From Ophelia neglecta (taxonomy: Eukaryota), in the NCBI GenBank assembly GCA_965285935.1, contig OZ260664.1, positions 12,586,001 to 12,650,000 of the forward strand: a DNA stretch of 64,000 nt. The letters run 5' to 3'. Of the stretch, positions 29,092-41,400 are shown piece by piece. The notes beneath the pieces were generated by a model. The model was not told where the DNA came from. It worked only from the letters and a program-made list of their open reading frames with translations, and made no database searches. How positions within the stretch are numbered: position 1 is the stretch's first letter; every line of letters begins with the position of its first letter. A program made the position numbers and the translations under genes.

Positions 29092-29403
29092 TATATAAAC
29101 GATCATCAAGCTAGCTGTATTGAGTGATCGTCTAGATGCGTATCGCATCTCAGTTGTTTGTTGATACAGTCATTCCACTGTCGTACACGACCACATATGT
29201 CAAAAGTGATAGTTTAGCACAAAAGACGCTTTATTCCTGAACTAACCTGTGACAATTTTATATAAAAGTTTGTGCTTCACCATACAACTCATCTGTTTGG
29301 GATATTGGACTTTATATATTCTTATGCACGGCTACATAAAGCGCTGTGTGTAAAAAAAACCATCTGAGGCTTTGTGAAAAATGATCGTAAACACATGGTA
29401 AGT
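29092..29403 (+). promoter_or_regulatory. Candidate TATA promoter and non-coding first exon of the ETS gene
   Basis: CCAAT at 28939, TATATAAA at 29092, strong donor ATG|GTAAGT at 29398; the first ETS coding exon begins at an acceptor (TTTTATTTGCAG, exon start 33663), so an upstream exon is expected. The link is inferred only. Confidence 0.3.
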
Positions 29404-32400
29404 TAGGCAATACCTAAGTTTTCATATTTAGCATTCAGTGAACATTTATTATCACAAATTTTATTAAGGTGTTGCAGCCCTCTTTGGTTCTTTTTGAACA
29501 GACTGTGTATTTGGCAACTTTCCTTGGCCCAGTTCACTTGTTAAATGTAGACCACGGTTTCAGGTGAAATTAATCACCCTAGGCGTCTACCTTCATATCT
29601 ACCTGGTTATGCTGTTATGCGACGGAGGGAATGCTTTGGTGCTTGCTTGTTAAAAAACTAACTTTTGGTCGTTTGGTTAATTTCTTTATAAACACTTGGA
29701 AAGGACGACAAAGCGATTATCCTTCCTGTGATCATTCAAGGGTGCCATGGTAGTTATTTGTACTAGATGTGATCAGCTGTTCTATAGTACGCGTGCCTAT
29801 CCCATGTCTATGAACTCATGTACCTCTAGTTTAAGCCTGACGCACAATGTACAATGTACACGCGTATACATGTAAGAATTCATGTTCGTGTTCTGACTAC
29901 ATGTATACCATCCTGTATTATGAACCTCCGGTCGACTTTGGCATCGAGTACTCAGTACACATATGCCTACTTCTATTTCGACAGAATAATATTTTTTTAA
30001 TGCATATCAATTAGATCTCTTTTTTGCAGTTGTCCGGACAAGTTGTTGTAGTGTCCTAACTATGTAGAGTTCGAGATAGTTTGGCACATAGCATGTTTAA
30101 TGACTCCATTTTGCTTGAGGGAACCCTGCCGTGTGCACTGGATTATGTTGTTTCAAAATGTCATAATTCATGAAAACAGGCCACCTTGTGTCATTTCATT
30201 CGTTTTAAGCATGTTATAAGCAATGCCAGACGACATTTCCTGAGTTTTCTGCAATCTTCGTCCGTCACGATGCCATCGTGGCAACGGCGCGAACCTGTTG
30301 GCACCAGTGCTGCCCCCCGGCGGGCAAAGCCTGCACCACCTATCAAACGGCTAAAACACAGATCATTTGACAGCAGGGGATTTTTACAAGTCATTGGCCA
30401 AACTGGCAGGTTGTTTGGGCTGTAACGTTACACGCCTGCTTTCAAATATATTTAAGCACATCTAAAGTGGTGCTCCTTAAAGTTGTCATAACAGCAAAGT
30501 AATAACGTTATTTTCGAGGACAGCTTGTACTTATTTTGCAAATCACGAGGGATTGGGAGTATAACCACATTTTATCAAAATCTCATAGATGAATGTCATA
30601 ATTATGCTGACAACATAGCCGCTAGCAGCTAGGCTTGTTGGAAATATAAAACCCTTTGATGGTTTGGCCTGTATATAAATGTCCACTCAGGCAAAGGGGT
30701 TTTGTTTGGTTCAGAACGGCTGGTAACCTCAGAGTAGGGTCGTTTCTTTAATACAATACCATATGAAGGCTTGATAAGTATGCTTCAACTTTAATTCTGT
30801 TTGGCAGACGACTTTAATCTGTCGTTCAATGTCGCATCTGTCAACCACAAAACGACCATTAAAGAAGTAATACTCAAACAAGGCCCCTCTTTTACCTCTT
30901 CAATCTCGGTTGCTAGCGGCCCATGAAGCCACTGAATTTGAATATACTGGGCATAAACTGTATGTGATAAGATATCATATTAAGAAACCCACATAAACGT
31001 GGCTCTTGTACTGCTACAAGAAGGTTCTAAATTTGCCTGTCTACTTATTAATGCAAGGTGGAACAAAAGTACGCTGGTATCAGTCAACTCGCGTCGGTTT
31101 GTTCCATGTCTCTCGTCTCAGTTCTCGGTCGTTCTGCCCTTTATAAACTCGAGTTTTACTTTGCTAGTTTATGTTTATAAAAGACTGCTATTAAAATCAT
31201 GCAATCGTCTTTTAAATGACCGAAATGTTTTGCATGGCCTTATTAGAATCTAGCAAACGAGGAAGGTTGTTTTTGGATGTTTAATGAGGAAGTTTACACC
31301 AATATTAACCAGATTATATACGAGCGTCCGAAAAAATTCCCTAAAACGAGATGACTAATTATACCGGACGCTTTTATTTGGTTCTTATTCGGAGCCTTTG
31401 AATTTTTATCCTCTCATTCAGTGCAGTATAAGTAACGAGGAGCCTGCTCTCTGCCTCAGATGCGATTGGTAATTTCTCTTTTTTTATTTTGGCAGGAAAA
31501 CCCTCGTCTTTGCTCGTTACTACGCGTGTAAATATAGCACGGCAGTGATTGGCTTCTGTCCATCCCAGACCTAATTTCTGTAACCCGTGTGGCAGTGAGG
31601 TTGTGGCCTAGGCTGGCCACATGTACATATAGGTAGAGCTGCTGGTCGGAACCGCGTATATCCGTTTGGCAGAAGCGGTTATTGACTTTAGGTCACCATA
31701 TACATGTTACAAGCTGGTCTTTGTCAGTTTTTGCTGGAAAGGCACGTACTCGACTCCCACCACAAGACACGTTTCGGGCAGAAACAGCATGTCCCTCTCG
31801 TTAAAGAGCTAGCACAAAGTCTCTATATTTGTGTGGATAGTTTCTTGTTGTGAGAGAGCCAGGTGTCATTGTCTAATAACAACATGTGAAAGTGACTGTG
31901 AACAGCAGCCACAGGGCAGACACTACAACTCTCAACCTTTTAATACGCTACAGTTCTTTTCTAAAGCTTTACATAGTGCGCCATCAAAGATAATTAAGTA
32001 AATGTCCACTTGATATTGCCAAGAAGGCATTCAATCCAAAGCGCCGATATGCAATTCGATCCCCCCCTCTCCCAATACAAAAATAAATAAAAGAAAACGG
32101 GGGATTTGGGGACAAATTTAAGAGAGGTTTCCGAGTTCTGACAAACTCTCACCGTGACAGGCGACACCAGTCTCCTACAGTAACTATGTTAGCTAGTACA
32201 CCCATCTCTCAGCTAACCGAACGAACTTAGCTCATAGCCGCGTCCCCTGCCCCGTAACACAAGGCCGGAGCTGCCTCTGTCGCCTTCAACAAGCTACTAA
32301 ATTATTTTTTTACGCAATTTCTCCAACTAGGAAGTTTTTTCTAAGCATCTGCAGCTCTATCGTTTCAGTATATGCCCTGTTTAAAAGAACAACTGTTTAA

Positions 32401-33884
32401 CGACCGCATACGATCAACAACTAACGCTTTGCATACGGTTTTAATAGGGTAACCGGGCGAACAGACTCAGATGTTTTATAGGAGCTTCCGTAGGTTTTTT
32501 CATATTTTACGCAGCAATTAAATATTTTTTAGTCTAATTACTACCGACGTTGACTATTGTGGGAGCGGGCCACGAAAAGGATCTGTTATCTTCGCTTGAC
32601 GGATTGTCCTACCATAAAAATAAGACAGTTTGTTTTAAAAAAGTTTTGAAGACATCTTCAGGTAAACACGAGGCAATAAAGTAGCATTAAACACGCCCCG
32701 TGTCTAATTGAGATGTTTTATGAAAGATACAGAAGGTGTACATTAAAGAAACATGATTTTCTAGGAGTAATTAAGTATTCATTGAAAAAATACACTTTCT
32801 TCAAATGAATGTGGTTCTGTTTCTTAAAAATCATTAATGGATTCGTTGACACAGTAACTTCAAATTAATTTTGCTGTGCTTGTATTCATAACCGATTAAA
32901 TTGCCAAATAAACTATTTCAAGCTCAAAGTTCTTCAATTCATGTTCATGCAGCTTGGCAATATTTACGGCCCGTTTATAGCATCAAATCATTTATAGGGA
33001 CCTGTTTGTGTAGCGACTATGACCTCTTGTAGCTTGTTTTACAATCAAGGCATGGTATACACTGTATACCCTTCCCCTTTCCCCCCTCCAAGCCCCCTGT
33101 CGGCCTATCGGCCCATCTCTTCTGCTGGTCACATATCGTTGTTTTAACACATGAAAAGGTGAAACCTTAGCAGACGAGCCCAGCACTGTAACATATTAAA
33201 AATGGTGGTTAGCTACACATTTGATGATTCGGTTATGTCGTACAAAAACCAAAGATCTTTGGAAGCTGTCGATTTCCACAGACTACTGTTTACCGACTTC
33301 GTTGGGGGTAGAGTTATCAATTTCTAGACAAACAGAAGCGTGCGGTTAGATTTGGTAGGATGACTGCCATGTTTACGAGGCTCCTAGCCCTTTGACTTCG
33401 TAAAACCATCAGGGTTTTTATCATAATTGACAAGATGGGCAGTAATTGCCTCCTGATTAAATTTGTTAAGAAAGGCCAGACCCTTAACTAGACGCGACCG
33501 TCCCGACAAAAGTTCACCGCAGACAAAAGTGGTGTGATTTTGACATCCAAGTTTAAATGACCACCCCTATCGTATGGCTCGCCGCTGGGATTCAAATTAC
33601 ATTTACCTTCTCGTCTTTGTCCTTAATGGCCGGTAATTGCATATCTTCATTTTTATTTGCAGGTCCTGTCTTGCCGAGCGTCTAACCCTGGCCGAGCAGT
33701 TATAGACTAAATTGATATAAGCGACAACAAACGCACAACTTGGGCGATAAACCGCAGAATATACGACAAGGACACTCGTGTGTGTTGAGGCGGTTTTTTT
33801 TGTTCAAATCTGGAGGACCTAATCGCCCGCCACCCCGAAGCTTTCCTTGTTAGGCTCTATGTGTGTTCTTAGCCACTGTAGAAA

Positions 33885-35940
33885 ATGCATTCTTCAGGCA
33901 TATGTCTCGCCGACATTGAGAGCAGTCCACTTCCGCCCTTGACGCCTGCAAATACGTACTCTTGGTCGGTTGAAAGTAGTCCGACCACCCATTCGGCGGA
34001 TGACTTTGACTGTGATCCGACCAGTTTGGATGGCGATTTTGACGATGAAGATATTGTTCGTATCGCGTATAGTTTGATGGAGGAGACCAAGCAGGGCATT
34101 CTGAGCTGCAGTCCGGGCAGTATGTCTGGGGACCTGTCCGAGTTCTCGGCTGCAGACGACAGGGAGATGTCCCTCTCCCCACTCCGTGACGATCTCCACC
34201 TGATGCAGGGGACGCGGCCGTGCCAGACCACCTCTCCCAGCAGGACAACACATGTCTCCGGGCCGGGTCAGCTGAACAAACAGACGGCGGACGGGGCCCA
34301 GACCTACCTGCCGGCCACCGCGGGAGACTTCCCCGCCCCGACCCCCTCCAAACAGCGCCTGAAGAGTCCACCGTCCTACTACGAACACATCAGACGCCAG
34401 CGGAACTCAGGACCGATCGGACGTAAATCTAGAAGCGCGGGAACAGACGTGGAAATCAAGCAGGAGATGGACAGCCGACCGCATTGTGTGTACGGAGGTG
34501 GCTCGGGGTGTGGCCCCAGCCCCCTCCCCGAGGCGGGGTGGTACAACGGGCACCAGACACCCGCAGGCAGACCAGGACTCTTCGGTGAGTTTTCTGATTG
34601 ATGGAGAAAACTTAAATCGTAAAAGTTACTATGCACCATGTCATGCAAGTTATGTCAGCCCAAATACCAAGTAGGTCTAGCGGACGCGAACTGTATGATG
34701 TTGTTTTTATAATTTTAATATAGAAAAGATGCATTCTCAAGTTATTGAGGGTTATATATGTATATATAGAATGCATTTTAGATATTAGTTATCATTTTTC
34801 AAAGTGTCCATCTTCTTGTTGCAGGCCACTACCAGATACCAGCCTCCGACCCTAACTACCACCTGCTGACGGCCATCGAGGCGCATGCGCAGATGATCTG
34901 TTTAGATCCGCCTCCTTGTTTGGAGGACACCGAGCAGAAGACGAAGGAAGCCATCCTCTCCTACCATCAGCTGGGACTCATGTCTGCAGGTAAAGGTCGC
35001 TATTATCGTCTCGTTTCTTTCTAATATGTGTATTTCAATCTAAAAGATTCGGCGTCCTCCACAAATAAATTCAGTAGTCTTTAGTAAGTCTAAGAGCGTC
35101 GAAGTAAAACACCAATCAAGTCTACAGTATTAGATATTACGGAAATTCATTTTGAGCATAACCCGTTTGAAGCATAAGATAACTTAGTGGTTTTCCCTCA
35201 AAACCCTCCCTCTCCCTGTGTCACTCCTCCGCAGGCGACACTAATCACGTTTGATAATTTCATTGGAATGGTAATTTTACAATATTGATTAAATTTATAT
35301 GACATTATCTGCGGTAAACTGGTGGTTGTTATTTTTATTTTTTTTTTTGTAGTTGTTATAATTTGTTTTTTTCGTTTCAGGCTCAGGCCAGGTCCAGCTG
35401 TGGCAGTTCCTGCTGGAGATGCTCGCCGACCCGGACACCCACGCCTGCTGCATCCGGTGGGAAGGAGGCAGCGGGGAGTTCCGCATGACTGACCCCGAGG
35501 AAGTGGCCCGCCGATGGGGAAAACGTAAAAATCGTACCAACATGAATTACGATAAAATGGGTCGGGCGCTGCGATACTACTACGACAAACTCATACTTAC
35601 CAAAGTGCCTGGCAAGAAGTATACGTACCGATTCAATCTAAGAGGACTTTTGCGATCGGGCCGGAAATCTCAGCTAGGCTGCAGTAACTATGGCTACAGT
35701 TTGACCCAAACTATGCCGCCGATACAGCAGTTACCACAGGGAATGCCTTCAGTTCCGGCGCTCAACGCGCATGCGTCGGACTGCATGGCCAGCAGCAGCG
35801 GAAGTCACCCTTCCCCTATGCACGCGCAATGCCAGGTGCCCAGTCCTTGCGGCTACGATGCTCCGTCGCCGCCAGCCCCGTCCCTCCGCTCGTGCCGGGA
35901 ACCATACTGCCACCTGCCGGCGAGCTATTGTGACTATTAA
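33885..35940 (+). CDS. ETS-domain transcription factor, ERG/FLI1/FEV-like; coding exons 33885-34584, 34825-34989, 35381-35940; 474 aa
   Basis: In-frame TAG two codons before the ATG; two phase-1 GT-AG introns keep the frame; spliced product contains [15 protein letters not shown]...[57 protein letters not shown], a clear ETS domain closest to the ERG subfamily; no PNT domain seen. Confidence 0.93.
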
Positions 35941-36422
35941 AACTCGGCAGTATATATATATCACAATTTATGGTCAAAAGGGATGCGAGAGTTCCTTTGA
36001 ACTTGGCAGCATGTCAATTGTAGTTAGAATGTTTCAGTTATATTATTTTACACTTTATTTAGATTTTTATATTAGTATGATGCCATTTGTATTTTGATGT
36101 TTCTATACAGACTTGACACTTTTGTCCGTTGACTGGAGTTGGTGTGTTTCTTGTAGGTATTCTACTTTCGGAGATAGACCGAGGAAGTCGTTTGGTTTTG
36201 TTTATGTCAAACGTCGTTACGAGTTTAGCGGCCTTAGTACAATTGCACGCACTTTAAGTTTGTAATAAATCCGACGAAATTCGACTCTTAGTGGATTAAG
36301 TCTTCTCAATGCTGTTAAAACAGATACACAAACTATTGTACATGTTAAAAATGACGACTGGTCTCTGAGGAGATATGAAAAACACGATTTATGTGAATTT
36401 AACTGTTGACATTCAGATCAAT

Positions 36423-36515
36423 TGTAAACGGTGAAATCCATAATTATAGGCGATTTGTAAACAGGTGTAAATACCTTGTAAAGATCTCAAATTGTAAATA
36501 TAGGTCAACTGTAAA
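36423..36515 (+). promoter_or_regulatory. Cluster of six TGTAAA motifs, two being TGTAAATA (Pumilio-element consensus), downstream of the ETS stop
   Basis: TGTAAA at 36423, 36456, 36466, 36477, 36493, 36510; AATAAA signals near 36264, 37048 and 37243. Confidence 0.4.
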
Positions 36516-37473
36516 CTGACTAACCGGCCTACACGATACGTCATCGGGCCTATATTGTATAGGCCTGACTTACTGCTAATATATTTATTGATACATGACC
36601 TCTCAATTCATACAAAACGGTTCGCATCCATTGTATACTGCCATTGTTTTCAAAATTAGGTCATGATTGACTTGTTTTTGCGGACGTTCACTTGGGCGGT
36701 GACAAGGCCACGTGTATTAATATGTGAATCACTTCACTTGACCACTGATATAAGGTGCTTTAATCTGTACAGCTATAATACAGCACAATTTCAGCTTTGC
36801 GTCTATTATTTGAAATCGGGCTTTAAATGCCTTGCTCATTGTTCATTTTCTAAATGACTGATTCTAAATCGATTTCATGCAACATGAATGGTAAAATTCG
36901 TGTTATTGTAAATTGTATAATATTTGTAAGTAAAATTTACTTTTATATCTTTTTTTATAATCAAGAGCTTCCGAAGTCTCTACGTTGCAATTTATTGTTG
37001 ACAATATTTCCATGTTCGTTAATGTATATGAAAGGACTGGATTCTAAGAATAAACAATAGGCAAATATGATCAATTTAACAAACTTTTAAATCAATATAA
37101 TATATCTTCCTCGCGATTTTGATTGGTTTTTAAAGTTTGTTTATTATTTTTCTTAATCTATATTGATTACAATTGACTATTGGTTTATCTGGTCCTGATA
37201 TACACAATTCTTTGTATTTTAATATGAAAACAGTTTTACTCAATAAATATTCTAAAATGATTCAATATCTCTTTTATTTCTTGTTGTCACACTAAAAAAA
37301 ACTTGTTTATTAGTATTATTAGCTTATTTCCTTTGATGATTAATTAGCGATTATATTTTTGGATTTTCGGACAAACTGGCAAAAACGTAGTTATCGAAAT
37401 TTCCAACACATTTTAAAGCAGCTCAAGATATATAGAAGTGTCAAAAACAAACAGTGCTCGGGTAGGGGATAGG

Positions 37474-37638
37474 TTGTTGTTGTTGTTTGGGGTTTTACGT
37501 GGCTTTCAACACTTATCGGTCATATCACCAAGGTGCCTACTTGTGACAGTGGGCTCAATGCCCTCTTTATAGTGTTGCCTCACTGGAGTACCTGCCGTAG
37601 ACACCAGACAGGGAACCCCACCCAGTCACCTTTATACT
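37474..37638 (-). mobile_element. 5'-truncated copy of the tRNA-derived SINE at 44494
   Basis: Near-identical to 44494-44655 (GGGTTTTACGTGGCTTTCAACACTTATCGG...CCCAGTCAC) with a (TTG)n tail; lacks the tRNA head. Confidence 0.85.
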
Positions 37639-37644
37639 ATAGAC

Positions 37645-37890
37645 AGGCAGGGGATAGGCCTTCACAATTCAATTGTTTAATGTTCTCGGGCAGGGGATAG
37701 GCCTTCACAATTCAATTGTTTAAGGTGTTCGGGCAGGGAATAGGCCTTCACAATTCAATTGTTTAAGGTGTTCGGATAGGGGATAGGCCTTCACAGTTAA
37801 ATAGTTAAATTTACTCGGGCAGGGGATAGGCCTTCACAAGTCAATAGTTAAATGTACTCGGGTAGGGGATAGACTTGCATAATTCAATTT
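37645..37890. repeat. 43-bp minisatellite (GGGCAGGGGATAGGCCTTCACAATTCAATTGTTTAAGGTGTTC-like), 6 copies
   Basis: Units start near 37645, 37688, 37731, 37774, 37817 and 37860; a further partial unit at ~37455 precedes the SINE fragment. Confidence 0.9.
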
Positions 37891-38490
37891 TTAAATGAAT
37901 ATGACTATGGGAAATAGGTTTGGAATGTTTGGGAATAGTATGAAGCTGGTAGAGACGGTGTTTGAGATGACTCATTGCCCCCTCTCTAGTAGAATCTTAA
38001 TGGAATAGATCCAAGGAATATTACTATAAGGCCATGTGGTAACTACTCCTGCAAAACTTTGGTTTTCAAAATAAAATATGAAAGCAGAACCGAAAGAAAT
38101 GTTTCGCTGCACGGTGTCCGTTGTTTATTCGCATTCAAATACAATTATAAGAAATATGTTCAATAACAACCAAATTTTTAATAAACGTAGATGCTGCACG
38201 CCCTTAACTAAGTTAGGCCTACAGAAAAATAGTTTGAAAACTACTCATAGGCCTATTAAATGTTGTTTGAACCATGCTATGCTGCTCAAAGCAAGGCTGT
38301 CTAATACTGCTTTAGTTTCCTGGGAAATTGGAGTGATATCTCGGTCGAAATATACTACTTACCTGAGTGCACTATTAACTATAAAATACAAAAGTAGCTA
38401 GGTGATACTACTCGAATGCATATCAATAAATAAGTCTTTCCATTATCACAGTCCCCACGGCGATGCCGTGTCACTTAATTAGTCAAACCA

Positions 38491-41400
38491 TCAATGAATG
38501 GTAAATTTGAAAAATATAGCACGTTTTCGTTCCATATCGCTGGTTTGAACGGCTATGAATTTATCACCAGGTAGAAAGTGAACCGTGTCAACGCTCATGT
38601 GAACGTAGGCCTTACACAGCAGAGTGCCCACACGCGCATCCCACACGCGCAGTGTCCGGTCATGTGACCCTGTCACCAGGTAATCTGATTGGCTGCTGAA
38701 CGAGGCTGACGAGACCTGTGTAAGAATCAACAAGAAAATGCTGCAGAGTTGAATATTAAACATTAGTAGACGAAAGGCTACTTTAAATCTCTAATTTTAA
38801 ATGGTATTATTAAACTAAATTTCAATTACAACTAACCACATTAGAATGCCCTTTTAAGTACAAAGTAGAGGCAAACTTGGCACTGTCGTCTGCAGATTTC
38901 GTCCAGAGCACAATTGATCCTTGTTTATTTCCTGTTGCAATCGAGTTGCGATCGGTACTGGCGGTTACCATAGTAACCGGCAGTGTCAGAACCTCGTCCA
39001 CAGATATGTCCAGTTTTTTCCAGTAGTGATGGAGAGGTTTCTCAGGCCAATGTCCCGTCTTGGCATCTTTTAACTCTATTGGGTAAACAGCAGGAGGTTG
39101 CCATAGATACACGTCTCCATAGCAACCTAACAGAACACCCCGACAATGACCCCCATCTTCTCCAGCGTTTGATACTGAAAACACCTGGAGGTTTTTTGAT
39201 GCTTTCTGCTTAGCTATTCTATCCTCAAACTGACATGTCAACATTTTGCCAGTCTGGACAGAGATGGCCACCGCAGAGTAGTGTGGTACTCCAAGGCTTG
39301 TTGTTTGGGGGTTTACAAGGCCCACGATGTGTTCTTCCTCCGAACCTGCCAATGATGTACATAATGTGATATCGCCTATCAGGTTGCCAATGGCGACGCT
39401 GTTCACTGATTCTCTCTCCACGAAATCTATTATCACCAAACGATTTGGGTCGCCTTCCTGTACAAGAGCTAATCGTTTCCCGCCGTTCAGATAACACAAA
39501 CTATTAAATTTGTCGCCAGAAACGAGGTTAGCCACCGTCTGTGCCTCCCCCGAGGGTACTTTCCAGCACACCAGTGCCCGGGAGTCCAGGTCAAGGCAGG
39601 CGAGACTGGACGAGTCAGCAGAGAAAGCCATGCTGGAGAAGGAGCCTGTCCCTAGCTGCTTGACCATAGCCAGATCCTCCCCGCTCAGAGTCCACAGGGT
39701 GACACCTCGCGTACAACCTGCAATTAGTTCGAATGGTTGTTACAAATAATTTTTAAAAGTTATCCTAAATTCACAAAGTTACGTTTTGTTCAGCTTTTCC
39801 AATCGGTAAAGTTGAAAAAAAGCCAATTTTGATTTTAAACAGTTTGGTACCGCATTCTGCCATTGGACAAATATATATTTTTTTCTGAAAATTAACTTCG
39901 GTATGAAAGATCATCTAGTCTATCTTTATCTTCATTCAGAATTTGTCCAGAGTAGCCACGGACCTTCTACAAAGAAAGAGTTCACAAGTGTTTCTTACCT
40001 ATTGCCACATGCTTTCCATCAGGACTGAAAGCTAAATGCAACACGTCTAGATCTTCCAGCCTGAGGGCGCCATCAGACTTCCGTTGGTCGACTGTCTCCT
40101 CCTCAGTGTGGGTCAGTAACTCCTCGAGGTCCCAGTACTTCAGCACTCGGTCTGAGGCGCACGTGAATACTTGGTCTCTGTCCGTACATAGGATCCGAGC
40201 GAGCGTGCCGTTGTGACATTTAATGGAGTTTTTCTGAATTTTTGAAGGAATGTCAAAGAGTTTTATCGTTCCAATTTCGTCTGCCGTAACAATGACCTGA
40301 CCGTCACTGCTCATGGAGACGGTGGTGACGGGGGCACGGGCATTGAAGGTCGCCACGTCACTCACATTGCCGATGTCGACGTCCCATACTTTGACCTCTT
40401 GTTGACCTTTGATACACGTCACCAAGATGCTATTTTGTTTGCTATATGAGCTGAGGATAGGCGATTTGATGTTCAGTTCTTTGAAGATATCGGTGACTAT
40501 CTTCCCTAGGTGCATGTCGACGATAAAGATCTGCGCGTTCTCACAGCCACACACGACAAGGTCATGACCTGCTAGCGGAGAGAGGGGATAGAGAAACCCC
40601 GGCTCCACCGGCACAGGTAGAGCTATCTTGGTCTGCAGCTGCTTACCCCAGCAATCCCATAGCACAATGCACCCTATGGTCTTCTTTTGGCCTTTAATTT
40701 TGTGTGTTGAAATGGTATGGTTGTCGTCACTGGAAAAGATAAGGTTTGTGGTCCCCACAACGCCGCTCAGGTTCATTGCGCCCCTAGCCCGATAGGGGGC
40801 GCCCTCCTCTGTCAAATCTTCCAGCAGTGCTAGCCTGTCTTTTCCCGCCAAGGCTAGATACCTGTCGTCTGAGGAGGTCGCTATGCACGAGTTGAGCTCG
40901 TCTTTATGGTTGGTGTCGGTGTTCTGAGTATGGACAACACGGCCCCTGAAACAACAAGAAGCCAATTCCCTCTTATAGCTTAATATGTAATATTGAATGC
41001 TCTCTTATGGACGGGTATCAATAATATTGTTTAAAAAGTGAGCAGGATTTAATATATTATTTCTCTTAAGTTACACACATTGGTTAAGCGATGGTAATGA
41101 TCAGATACTACTCAGAGGCAGCAGTAGCTTCTTTTCTAACGCTTTTTTCAACAAGCTTAGAACCCAAAGGTAATGGATTTCTAGTGATTAAATTACAATT
41201 ATATTGTGACCTACGTGGTCGTACTGCAGACGTGGAAGAACTTGGAACAGAGCAGGTAGAGCCTCTGTCCGTTTTTGGAGAAGACACAGTGCTTTGGAGC
41301 CAGACGACTTTTACTGGAAATGGCGCGAGTTTTGAGCTTCTCGGTGTTTAGTATGAAGAAACTTGAGATTTTCTTTTCATTCTCGCTCCTAAGTAGTAAA

